Shown here in pieces: positions 10,540 through 19,892 of a stretch of 59,356 nt of DNA. The translations under genes and the position numbers were made by a program. Below the pieces are notes generated by a model that did not search any database, was not told where the DNA came from, and saw only the letters and a list, made by a program, of their open reading frames with translations. Source of the DNA: Planctomycetales bacterium (GTDB lineage: Bacteria > Planctomycetota > Phycisphaerae > SM23-33); assembly GCA_030592655.1 (NCBI GenBank), contig JAUVIQ010000001.1:1-59356 (forward strand), in the 5' to 3' direction. The first letter of the stretch is position 1, and each line of letters starts with the position of its first letter.

Positions 10540-12990
10540 ATGACAAAGAAAAAGAGCCACAAACGTAAGCGAAGGCGCAAGGCGATCAAGCCCGACGACT
10601 TCTTCGAAGCCGCCGGTATTACCATCGCCCGCTACGGTCGATTCATCCAATTCCAGAGCCATCGGACCACGGAGCAGCAGCGACAGATTGAGGCCCATCA
10701 GGCATCAATGTATCCCCAGGTTATTTCGGAGATCAACGACCGCGTCTCGCGCATCAGGCAGTTGGTCTCGCAATATGACCCACTCACTCTTCTGCAGCGC
10801 GGCTACTGGGCTATGAGCGCGTCCATGCTGGGCAAGATGTCGGAGCACGAATATTCCTTCGAAGACGGCATCATGGTCCGGATGATCGATTACGTCCAGG
10901 CCGTGATCGTTTCAACTCCCCCCGCTCAGGCCACCGTTGAACTGACCGACGAAGGATGGCAGCAACTGCACGACGAGGTTCAGGAACTCTACCAGTCATT
11001 GTTTTTGACGTTTCATATCGTCAATAGCGCACGGCTCAAAGCGACCCAGCCGGACTACGACATAGACTACGACTTCTTCTGCGTGCAGGCTCAGATGCAC
11101 GCTACGTTCGTCAGATCGCTGCGCTATCCGGCCCATGACTGGGAGTTCCTAGAGGACTTCCTTGGCCCACACGATGATGAATTCCGCAAGCTCTTTGGAA
11201 TCTCGGTGGGCAACTTCGTAGACGGAATTCGTAGAATCCATCACAGCCTGATGCGCAACAACATCGCCGCGATCAAGGACATGTATGAAGAGCACCAGAA
11301 AGCGATGCAGCAACTCGACGCGATGGAGGAACCTGACCTGCCCGGTCTGATGGCGCATCTTGCAGAGAACCCTGAATGGCAACAGCGCATGGAATCCATC
11401 GCGGGTCGTATCATGGGGCTGCATCTGTTCGAGCTTGAGCGGTTCACGAACTTGCCTCCGCAACTGCTGGATGAGTTGTCCTTGGAGCCAGGTAAGGACA
11501 AGACGTTCTTCGCACCCGGCGACTATACCGGTTGGCCGCTGCGCGTGTTCCCGACAAAATGGCGACCGTTCCTGAAGATTGACGGCAAGCATTACTGCTT
11601 TGAACTGATCAATATCATGGATGACGTGTATCGGGCCATGCAGCGGCTGATATGCCGGCTCGACCCAGACTATGTAAACAAGTGGAATGATCGTCAGAAA
11701 GAGGCATCAGAGCAACGCCCGATTGAACTGTTACAGGAACTTCTGCCGGGAGCCATAGTGTACCGGTCGCTGTACTATCCGTGGAAGCAAGACGAGACCG
11801 GGAAGGCCAAACGGTGTGAATTGGACGGGCTGCTCATTTACGACGACATGTTGCTTGCCGTAGAGGTCAAGGGCGGAGCCTTTACTTGGACCACACCGTT
11901 GACAGATTTTCCGGCGTATCTCAAGTCGATCAAGGATTTGCTGAAGAAGCCTGCCGACCAAGCGACCAGGTTCCTCCAGTACCTGCGTAGCAGTGAAACG
12001 GTCGCCGTGTACAATGAGCAGGATCACGAGGTTGCCACACTGTCGCATGGTCGGTTCAGAGTCGTCATCCCGCTCTGTGTTACTCTGGATGCGCTCACCA
12101 CCGCAGCCTATCAGATCAATGAACTGAAGGCTGTCGGGATCACAGTACCGGAGACTGTATGCTCCTTGGCGATAGATGATCTCCGTGTCTATCGAGACAT
12201 CTTCCCCTCAGCGATCTTCTTTGCCCATTTCATACAGAAGAGATACGAGGCTGAACATGATCCCCTAGTGCACGTCAACGACGAACTGGACCATCTAGGC
12301 CTTTACTTGGCACACTTAAACTATGTCAGACATGTTCAAGTGCTTACGAGCAACCTTGGTGCTGAGGTAAGGTCTTGGGACGGTTACCGTAAGGAGATTG
12401 ACGAGTACTATTTCCAGTCGCAATGCGAGCCCGAACAGGCGAAAAGGCCATACCCGGCCGTCAGCACGCGCATGAGCGAGATCATCGCCTGCCTGAATGC
12501 GAAGGGTTTACCGGGTCGGTGTCGTTGCGCCTCAGTTCTGTTGGACATGCCCAAGGAATCCAGGGATGACTTCGAAATCGCCTTTGAGAAGGCGCTGACA
12601 CGTAGCCTGGAGCGTGGGCAGCCGTCACCGTTTCACATCCAAGGCGAAAGCAGTGTCACGGTATTCTGTGATGCGCCAGGCATTCAGGCGTTGTCGGCGG
12701 ATGACAAGCGGGAGTATACCCTTGCGTGGATGACCAGAGCCAATGTAGCGAGTCGCCTACTGCTTAGCGTTTTTTGTGATGCTGAGGGCTGTGTGGAGAG
12801 TGTTGACTGGGAAGAACTGCGCCTCAAGGATATCCCACAGGAACAACGGTCACAAATCAAAGCAATGGCTGTCTCGCAAGCGAAGCGACGAATATCGAAG
12901 CATCTAAAGGAACACGGTAAGATTGGTCGAAACGACCTCTGTCCTTGCGGCAGTGGCAGGAAGTTCAAGCGGTGTTGTGGCAACCGTTGA
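10540..12990 (+). CDS. SEC-C motif protein with a central PD-(D/E)XK/NERD-like nuclease core
   Basis: C-terminal GRNDLCPCGSGRKFKRCCG (SEC-C zinc motif). A central ELDGLLIYDDMLLAVEVKGG string fits D...(D/E)xK. The N-terminus is highly basic. The rest is unrecognised. Confidence 0.6.
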   Translation: MTKKKSHKRKRRRKAIKPDDFFEAAGITIARYGRFIQFQSHRTTEQQRQIEAHQASMYPQVISEINDRVSRIRQLVSQYDPLTLLQRGYWAMSASMLGKMSEHEYSFEDGIMVRMIDYVQAVIVSTPPAQATVELTDEGWQQLHDEVQELYQSLFLTFHIVNSARLKATQPDYDIDYDFFCVQAQMHATFVRSLRYPAHDWEFLEDFLGPHDDEFRKLFGISVGNFVDGIRRIHHSLMRNNIAAIKDMYEEHQKAMQQLDAMEEPDLPGLMAHLAENPEWQQRMESIAGRIMGLHLFELERFTNLPPQLLDELSLEPGKDKTFFAPGDYTGWPLRVFPTKWRPFLKIDGKHYCFELINIMDDVYRAMQRLICRLDPDYVNKWNDRQKEASEQRPIELLQELLPGAIVYRSLYYPWKQDETGKAKRCELDGLLIYDDMLLAVEVKGGAFTWTTPLTDFPAYLKSIKDLLKKPADQATRFLQYLRSSETVAVYNEQDHEVATLSHGRFRVVIPLCVTLDALTTAAYQINELKAVGITVPETVCSLAIDDLRVYRDIFPSAIFFAHFIQKRYEAEHDPLVHVNDELDHLGLYLAHLNYVRHVQVLTSNLGAEVRSWDGYRKEIDEYYFQSQCEPEQAKRPYPAVSTRMSEIIACLNAKGLPGRCRCASVLLDMPKESRDDFEIAFEKALTRSLERGQPSPFHIQGESSVTVFCDAPGIQALSADDKREYTLAWMTRANVASRLLLSVFCDAEGCVESVDWEELRLKDIPQEQRSQIKAMAVSQAKRRISKHLKEHGKIGRNDLCPCGSGRKFKRCCGNR

Positions 12991-13093
12991 AGGGCGAGGA
13001 AGATACGGGCACGGAGCATTTAATTGCTCCGATTCCCTATCTTTTACCCGTCGTTATTGGATTGTTCCTGCGGGGTTTTGTAGAATGTGTGTG

Positions 13094-13627
13094 ATGAAAT
13101 TGTACACAAAAAGCGGTGATGGGGGGTTTGCGTCGCTGCCGGGGGCCGGCGAGAAGGTTAGGAAAGATGACCCACGCTTTTCAGCCGTCGGCAGTCTGGA
13201 CGAACTCAATGCCGCTGTCGGTTTCTGCCTGGCTGAAGCCAGACGCGTTAGGGACGCTTCGGTCGTCGATGCTCTTGGTCCCGTTCAGGCAGAATTGTTT
13301 TCTGTCGGTGCTGTGCCACCCGCTCCGCTTGACGCTGCGGTGGCTCGGATGGAGAAACGCATTGACGCAATCTGCGGGGAATTGCCGGAGTTGAAGGATT
13401 TTATCCTTCCGGGTGGGTGCGAACTCGCCTGCCGGCTGCACCTGGCGCGGACCATCGCCCGCCGGGCAGAACGCGCTGTCGTGGCGGCATTGGACCTGCG
13501 AGACGACGAGCCTCACGAGGCCTCGGACGCACTGCGATACCTCAACCGCCTTTCCGACCTCCTGTTCGCCCTGGCCCGCCAGGCCAATCACAATGTCGGC
13601 GAATCCGAGGTTGCCGCGAAGTCCTGA
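13094..13627 (+). CDS. ATP:cob(I)alamin adenosyltransferase, PduO type
   Basis: MKLYTKSGDGGFASL at the N-terminus and RYLNRLSDLLFALAR near the C-terminus. The start is trimmed to the ATG at 13094. Confidence 0.85.
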   Translation: MKLYTKSGDGGFASLPGAGEKVRKDDPRFSAVGSLDELNAAVGFCLAEARRVRDASVVDALGPVQAELFSVGAVPPAPLDAAVARMEKRIDAICGELPELKDFILPGGCELACRLHLARTIARRAERAVVAALDLRDDEPHEASDALRYLNRLSDLLFALARQANHNVGESEVAAKS

Positions 13628-13711
13628 CTCGTTTTTTGGCATGGTTCAATTCAGGGGAACACCAAGCACTGTCTGAACGGTTACATTTTTTATTCGTGCA
13701 ATTCGTGGACT

Positions 13712-16645
13712 CTACTTTTCCGCCAGGCGGATTATGCCGTCGAAGTCGGACTGGCCGGAGCCTTGGTCGCAGAGTTGCAGGTAGCGTCGAGCGGCAGGGT
13801 CGTCGCGTTCAGCCAGGACGGTCTGGAATTGCTTCCTCGATGCCTGGAAATCTCCGGCGGCGTAGAGTTCGACGCCTCGGGCGAATTCCTCGGCGAATTT
13901 GCGGAGTTTATCGTCGGCATCGGCCCGGCGGGCCAGCGGCTCCCAGACAGACACAGGTTCGGTCTTTCCGACAACGATGATTTTTCCCAAAGGCCGGCCG
14001 ACAAGTACATCCTCAACCGACTTCCAGGCCTGTTCGTTGATCATAATCCGCGAGCCGAAGAATTTATTTGCCGATTCAAGCCTGGCGGCAAGGTTCACCG
14101 CGTCGCCGATGGCTGTATATGCGACCCGCTGGGTCGAACCCATGTTCCCGACGAAGACTTCCCCTGCGGTGATTCCGATCCGGGCAGAAAGTTCAGCGCC
14201 TTCGGGCAGGAATTGCTCGCTATGCAGTTCGATATTCAGTTCCGGAAGGAACGCCTGGCAATCAATGGCCGAGAGTATCGCGCGGACGGCATGGTCGTCC
14301 TGGGGGATCGGCGCGCCGAAGAACGCGAAAATACCGTCGCCTTCGTACTTGCTGAGCGTCCCGCCGTATCGGCCCTGGAGGATTTCGCCGACGCGGTCGA
14401 GGTATCGGTTCAGCAGGCCGACGGTTCCTTCTGCCCCAAGCCGCTCGGAAATCGTGGTGAACCCCGCCAGATCGGAGAACAGGCAACTGAGTTGCCTTTT
14501 TTGCCCGCCGAGCGAGGCCTGTGTCGGGTCGTGAACCAGTTCATCGACCATCGCCGGCGACAGGTACTGTTTGAAGGTGCTGGTTATCTGCCTGCGCTGG
14601 CGCTGCTCGGTGAGTTGGCGATAGACGGTAACGACGGTGAAGACCATCAGCATCGCAACAAACGGTGTAGCCGCCACTATCCAGTAGTCCCATCCCTTCC
14701 ATACGCTGGCGTCGATGAAGGCATAACCCACAATCCCCGCCGCCAGCACAATAGCCGATTCGATCGGCCCGCGAGTGGCGGTAACCATCGCCATCAGCGT
14801 TCCAACCAGGATTATCAGGATCGCCGAGACCCACCCTGCGGGTGTGCGGACGAATTTTCCCGAGAGTATCGTATTGTATATATTGGCATGCATGACAACG
14901 CCGGGAGCACGTCGGTGTACCGGTGTTGGAATGAAATCGGCTGCTCCCGTCGCCGCCGAACCGACAAAACAGACCTTACCGTCCACTTCCTTTCGCACCC
15001 GACGGATTGAGTCGTTCAGTTGTCGTTGGATATGCTGCTGTTGTTGTTCGACCTGGCGGATTAATTTTCGCAACGAGCGAACCTTTTTTTCCATTTCATC
15101 AGGCCGGCCTCCGGCTTCGTCGGCTCCGACGAGCACCTCGTCGATGAATTCGAGCATTTTGCGGCAACCACGCTCTATTGTCTGATTAAGGTCAGCCTGT
15201 TGTTTCAGCAGTGTGGTGGGCTTTTCCGGTACGTCTGCCGGTCTGAACAGAAGGGCCGACCGACGTAACTGATGAGCCAGATGAATCTTTCTCGATATTT
15301 CAGTAGCCTCGACGAAATATTTTCGCATCGGCTTGCCTTCGAAAAGGTAGGGGGCCAACACGGATATTTTTTCACAGGCCATTAGATAGACACTCTTGTT
15401 ATGCCGGAGCGATTCGGTCGCCTGCCAGACCTCGGCGGGGGCTGTTGCGGGTATATGCCTTGCGGCAGGGTTGTCTGGACTGTCCGGCATCCAGTTGATG
15501 AGCATGTACCCTTTTGCATCGACCGGTATTTCCCTGCGGGCATCTCCGCTGGTAATGATGACTTTTCCGCTTTGGGACGATATTTCGTATTTTCCGCCGT
15601 GGTCGGCCGCCAGGGTTTCAGCGGCGGCGATCAGGGCAAGTTGCCCAAAGACGCCGCTATCGGTCTTTATCAGCAACGGGATTCGGCGGACAACGCCGTC
15701 GTCATCGGGCTTGATGGTCGTAAAACCTGTGTGGGTCATTGACTGGGCGAACGTTACCAGCGGCGGAACAGCCCGACCTGACGGGAAGGTCCCGCCCGAG
15801 AGAGGCGATTCCGGCAGGGTGAATCGCTTCAACACGTGCAGTGAACGCCGGCGAAGATAGGTCCGCCGGGCGATATCGAAATCCTTGCTTCCGGGGCTGA
15901 TTCGCTCGGTAAGCCTTGCGAGCACGTCTTTGAACGATCGTCCGGGTCGGTCTTGCAGCAATGCCTTGATTCGCCGGTCATATGCAATGGCCTTGGCGGT
16001 GGGGAGGGCTTCTTCGGCATCCGACAGGTCGAGGTTCAGTTCGGCGGCGATTTCGGCGGGCGTAACGGCGGGGCGTGTAGCCACAACGTCGGTGAAGGTT
16101 TCGGCGAGGTCTTTGTCCCGTCGCCGAGAGGCTTCGGCGGTGATGTCAACGTGCATTGCAAGAAAGAGGTTTGGGCTGTTCGACAATGCAGCGGCGAATT
16201 CCACGTCGTCCAGAATGAGTTTCGGCGGCGCGTCGGCGCTCAGGATCGTACCTGTCTGGGCCGTGTAGAGGTCGGTAAAACCTTCCTTGACATAACGCGG
16301 TTGCTGGGGTTCCGGAAGGATGATGTCAAACACGACGGCCTTGGCGCCACAGGTGTTGAGCACCTCGATCAGTTGCGCCAGTCGTCGTCTGGGCCAAGGC
16401 CAGCGACCGATTTGTTCCAGCGATTGATCGTCGATGTCTATGTGAACGATGTCGTCGCGCGGCGCGAGGGTCGGAAGGTTGCGGAAGCGGAAATCGAGCG
16501 CCCATCGTTCAGCCTGCTCGCCCACGCCTGCAAAGTGTGCTGCAGCGACGATGAGAGTTACCCCCAGGCCTAGAAGTATCCCTCGGACAGCCCTTCCGAG
16601 TTTCGGTGAACGGGACGACATGACACGAGTATATTCCGCTGCCAA
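13712..16645 (-). CDS. CHASE2 sensor domain-containing class III adenylate/guanylate cyclase
   Basis: N-terminal periplasmic CHASE2-like region, a TM block, and a cyclase core (FSDLAGFTTISERL...SKYEGDGIFAFFGAP...GITAGEVFVGNMGS). The start could be the internal Met at 16621. Confidence 0.85.
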   Translation of the reverse strand: MAAEYTRVMSSRSPKLGRAVRGILLGLGVTLIVAAAHFAGVGEQAERWALDFRFRNLPTLAPRDDIVHIDIDDQSLEQIGRWPWPRRRLAQLIEVLNTCGAKAVVFDIILPEPQQPRYVKEGFTDLYTAQTGTILSADAPPKLILDDVEFAAALSNSPNLFLAMHVDITAEASRRRDKDLAETFTDVVATRPAVTPAEIAAELNLDLSDAEEALPTAKAIAYDRRIKALLQDRPGRSFKDVLARLTERISPGSKDFDIARRTYLRRRSLHVLKRFTLPESPLSGGTFPSGRAVPPLVTFAQSMTHTGFTTIKPDDDGVVRRIPLLIKTDSGVFGQLALIAAAETLAADHGGKYEISSQSGKVIITSGDARREIPVDAKGYMLINWMPDSPDNPAARHIPATAPAEVWQATESLRHNKSVYLMACEKISVLAPYLFEGKPMRKYFVEATEISRKIHLAHQLRRSALLFRPADVPEKPTTLLKQQADLNQTIERGCRKMLEFIDEVLVGADEAGGRPDEMEKKVRSLRKLIRQVEQQQQHIQRQLNDSIRRVRKEVDGKVCFVGSAATGAADFIPTPVHRRAPGVVMHANIYNTILSGKFVRTPAGWVSAILIILVGTLMAMVTATRGPIESAIVLAAGIVGYAFIDASVWKGWDYWIVAATPFVAMLMVFTVVTVYRQLTEQRQRRQITSTFKQYLSPAMVDELVHDPTQASLGGQKRQLSCLFSDLAGFTTISERLGAEGTVGLLNRYLDRVGEILQGRYGGTLSKYEGDGIFAFFGAPIPQDDHAVRAILSAIDCQAFLPELNIELHSEQFLPEGAELSARIGITAGEVFVGNMGSTQRVAYTAIGDAVNLAARLESANKFFGSRIMINEQAWKSVEDVLVGRPLGKIIVVGKTEPVSVWEPLARRADADDKLRKFAEEFARGVELYAAGDFQASRKQFQTVLAERDDPAARRYLQLCDQGSGQSDFDGIIRLAEK

Positions 16646-16670
16646 CCGGTTCGTCCAGTCTGCTTTGAAA

Positions 16671-16725
16671 TAGTAGCCGGTAGCCGACCTTCAGCTCTGA
16701 GGCTCAGGCCGGCTACCGGCTACTA
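16671..16725 (-). terminator. hairpin with perfect 16-bp arms (tagtagccggtagccg / cggctaccggctacta)
   Basis: It lies downstream of the FecR-like gene on the minus strand and is followed by TTTC. The arms are themselves tandem heptamers. Confidence 0.45.
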
Positions 16726-16796
16726 TTAAAACAGACGCGGCGTCCCGATGGTCTCAGGACGCCGCGATATTGCAATTGCGATAGCGCCGTTGCGGG

Positions 16797-17660
16797 TTAC
16801 TGTCCGACACCCGTGTCCATACCCCCGACGTGCACACGGGGGATAGGCTTGCAGATTTTTTTGGCCAGCGGACGGGGAATTGAGCGAGTGATCCGTTTTC
16901 TGGTTAAACTGCCTCGTCCCCCGCCGCCATAGGTTACTATGAATTTGATTTCTTTCTTGCTGAGACCACCGGTAACATCCCAAACAACGGGCGTAGCCTT
17001 TCTTTTGGCTATCTTGATCGACGCCAGAAGTTCGTTATTGGTCCCTTCGCCTCTTTTCAGGTTCCGGTGTTTGCTCCCCTTTTTAACGCTCCATTTCCCT
17101 GATGCGCAAGTCATTTCGCTGCCGAAGTCGCCGCTGTGTGTAATCCGAAGTGTGCTTCCTCTCGCCGCAGCGGTGGCGGTCGGCGTGGAGATGCGGAAAT
17201 TGTTCGGACCGTCGGCCTTTTTAACGATGGCTCGCAACGAACCATACTTCAATCCCAGGGTTGTTTTAGTAACCTTCCCTTCCTTGCGAAATTCGCGGAT
17301 ACCCATTTTTGTAACCCTGTCAATGATTACTTCAGAGTTGTCGGCGAAGGTCAGCACCACTTTCGTGCGAAAACCGGTGCGGATAACGGTCAATTCATCC
17401 AGTTTGTCGCCGACCTTCAGGGCCACCCATTTTTTATCGTCCTTACCCGCCAGAAGACGGTGAGCGGAGCCTGAAACCTCTTTGACAGTAACGACCATCG
17501 GTTTGACCAGGTCGCCCGCCTGGTCTTTGGGTGCGGTTTTTGTTTGGGGTTTTGGGGCGGGTTTGGGCTTCGCGTCGGTTTTATCCTTTTGCGCAAAACT
17601 CGCGCCGGTAAGAACCATCACGACCATACCAATTAGACATGCGCGCAGGTAGATATTCAT
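16797..17660 (-). CDS. secreted FecR-domain-like protein
   Basis: Signal peptide, a Lys/Pro-rich linker, and a FecR-like beta-rich region (VKEVSGSAHRL...VGDKLDELTVIRTGFRTKVVLTFADNSEV). Confidence 0.55.
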   Translation of the reverse strand: MNIYLRACLIGMVVMVLTGASFAQKDKTDAKPKPAPKPQTKTAPKDQAGDLVKPMVVTVKEVSGSAHRLLAGKDDKKWVALKVGDKLDELTVIRTGFRTKVVLTFADNSEVIIDRVTKMGIREFRKEGKVTKTTLGLKYGSLRAIVKKADGPNNFRISTPTATAAARGSTLRITHSGDFGSEMTCASGKWSVKKGSKHRNLKRGEGTNNELLASIKIAKRKATPVVWDVTGGLSKKEIKFIVTYGGGGRGSLTRKRITRSIPRPLAKKICKPIPRVHVGGMDTGVGQ

Positions 17661-18205
17661 TACTCCAGACCTCCTTCATGGGCCGAAGCGCCGACTACGT
17701 CTCCTGTCTGGCGGAATTCGTCAATCCGCCCCAGAATAGCCAGATACTCCATTCCTGTAACTGTATTATACGTTATACCAGTGCTTAAGAGGCCTCTGTA
17801 TTGTAATTCTTTTAAACAATATCTTTGGGACGGTCCGGTCAGAAACAGCGTCAACCCGCCCTTGAGACCGCAGGCCTGGTAGGTCATATAAGCGACTCTA
17901 CCCTTGGTTATGGGTCTGTCTGCCTGAAAATCCCAGTTCCGGGCAATGATTTTCCGCTCCTGCAATGCGGCGACCGTCTCGGCGAATGTTGCCTTGTGCG
18001 GTTCGGCCAGGACCAGCATGATCCCTTTAAACGCCTCCGCCTCCGATACCGTTGGCATAGAGGAGATGCCGTCGAGATAGGTCGCAGAATCGACAGCGGC
18101 TAATTTTGCGTCCCCGCCCTGGACCTGAGGCCGGTTATTGGTGGCTTGGCATGAAGCCATCATCAGAACTGTTACCGATAGAAAGAAAATAAAAGTTCGG
18201 TTCAT
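17660..18205 (-). CDS. hypothetical lipoprotein
   Basis: Lipobox-like LMMASC after the signal peptide. No recognisable domain. Confidence 0.45.
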   Translation of the reverse strand: MNRTFIFFLSVTVLMMASCQATNNRPQVQGGDAKLAAVDSATYLDGISSMPTVSEAEAFKGIMLVLAEPHKATFAETVAALQERKIIARNWDFQADRPITKGRVAYMTYQACGLKGGLTLFLTGPSQRYCLKELQYRGLLSTGITYNTVTGMEYLAILGRIDEFRQTGDVVGASAHEGGLE

Positions 18206-18217
18206 TTTTGGTAATCC

Positions 18218-19642
18218 TTAGAAACTGTACGTCAGACCAGTGTACAGGAAGTGGCGCGAGTGGTCGTTTTGGAACGCCGCGCCCGGAAAGAACAGTCCGT
18301 AACGGATTGTGAACGACACATCCGATGTTAATCGCCAGTTGACATAGGTATCCCATTCCCATCCGACCCAGCTGGATGAAGCCGCTCCCTCCGTATCGGA
18401 AATTGCCCCGCCGCGAGCGTCTTTGGTATAAAAGAACGCCGAGGTTCCGACTTCCATCTTGCGGAACAGTTCAATATCCTCAAGCGGAATCACGCTGCAA
18501 TCCAATTGGAAAATATGCAGGTTGCTTATTGCCGGAGCGAATGCCAAACCGGTATTACGGTATCCGAAGGCATTGAAGGCCTTGTCTTTTGTTCCGGGCT
18601 GATTACCGCCGATTGTCGAGGTGCTGCTGATGCGACGGTCGGAGTCGCCGCTTCCCCAGAGATATTCAAACGCGACGCGGGGTTTTCGCTTTACAGGAAA
18701 GAGATACTCCAGCATCAAGTCGATGGCCATAGCGTCGATTTTTTCCTGCGAGTTGACGCCTTCGGGATATGAATATCCCGATTCGAAAACTATCTCCGCT
18801 CCGTACCGCAGGTTCGGGAGCGGCTCGATGCTACCCCGGCTTCCCATACCCAAATACCGACTGTCGTAGGAGTACTCCTGATTGTCGATATATCCGCGAA
18901 CATCGGTATGGTCGTTGGTCCAGAGGTAATAGGCATACGGCTCATGACGGTCGAAGCCGGAATACTTCACCTCGATACCATAGAAGCAGCGGTCCATACG
19001 GTTTTTGACGGAGGGGGAATCATCGATGTTGGGTGTGTCGTGGCCTATTGTCTGTCCCAGCAGACCTTCCACCCTCCAATCGCCGACCCTTCCGGTCAGT
19101 TTTACCGCATCCAGCGGCATCGCCAGGACCAGGCCTGAACCAATCTCGTAAAAATCGCGACCAACCTGCACCGTGAATCCGGCGGGCGGATCCTGGCCGG
19201 TCTGATTGCGGATCAGACGGTCGTAATCGAAGCGGTACCACGCCCGCTCCACGTCGGGTTTGTTGAAATCGTCGCCTGAATTGTTGCGGGGGTTGTCGCC
19301 GCTGTTCCAATCGTCGAAACCCATCTTACCGCGGAAATAAAACGTATGCACACCGGCTATGGTATAGTTCGCCCAAAGCCTCAATTCGTATTGTCGGAGT
19401 GTCCGCTGTTTCCGGGCGGCGGCGTCCTCGTAATCGAAGAAGGCGAAACTGAACCATCCGACGACGTCCAGACCCATCTGCTTGGCTGCCGCTTGCTGCT
19501 TGTCCAACTCGACCCGCAACTGCTCCTCGTACACGCGCCGACCACGCTCGACAGGCACCTGGGCCGATACCGTGCAGACAAGGAGGAACACCACCGCCAG
19601 GGACAATAATATACAACTGATACCCAGCCGTTTTCTGTGCAT
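18218..19642 (-). CDS. putative outer-membrane beta-barrel protein
   Basis: Signal peptide, alternating aromatic/polar beta-strand-like pattern, and C-terminal ...GLTYSF ending in Phe. Confidence 0.5.
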   Translation of the reverse strand: MHRKRLGISCILLSLAVVFLLVCTVSAQVPVERGRRVYEEQLRVELDKQQAAAKQMGLDVVGWFSFAFFDYEDAAARKQRTLRQYELRLWANYTIAGVHTFYFRGKMGFDDWNSGDNPRNNSGDDFNKPDVERAWYRFDYDRLIRNQTGQDPPAGFTVQVGRDFYEIGSGLVLAMPLDAVKLTGRVGDWRVEGLLGQTIGHDTPNIDDSPSVKNRMDRCFYGIEVKYSGFDRHEPYAYYLWTNDHTDVRGYIDNQEYSYDSRYLGMGSRGSIEPLPNLRYGAEIVFESGYSYPEGVNSQEKIDAMAIDLMLEYLFPVKRKPRVAFEYLWGSGDSDRRISSTSTIGGNQPGTKDKAFNAFGYRNTGLAFAPAISNLHIFQLDCSVIPLEDIELFRKMEVGTSAFFYTKDARGGAISDTEGAASSSWVGWEWDTYVNWRLTSDVSFTIRYGLFFPGAAFQNDHSRHFLYTGLTYSF

Positions 19643-19892
19643 AACGTTCTCGCTATTAAATGATAATGTCAGGAAACGCCGAAACTACTGATATACTGTC
19701 GGCGAAAAGCCCAAACTGCAATGAAAAAATCCTCAAGGCTTTTCCCGGGTGTGCGACTAATTTTTCCGGCACTGCATGTCGGCGTAAATCTTGTGCGAGA
19801 TTTGAACCAATTTTATACCAATTTCGGACCCTCGGTCCCGCGGGGATTGCCGGCGAACCGTCAAAGTATTGGGAATAATGTACATCTGTCCC

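Noticed and set aside
12991-13093. Cobalamin riboswitch upstream of the adenosyltransferase gene
   Set aside because: The spacer is only about 100 nt and I could not find a B12-box-like core. It is too short for the known riboswitch.
13763-15010. 415-aa + strand ORF
   Set aside because: It is antisense to the CHASE2 cyclase, whose catalytic motifs are clear. No motifs were found in this ORF.
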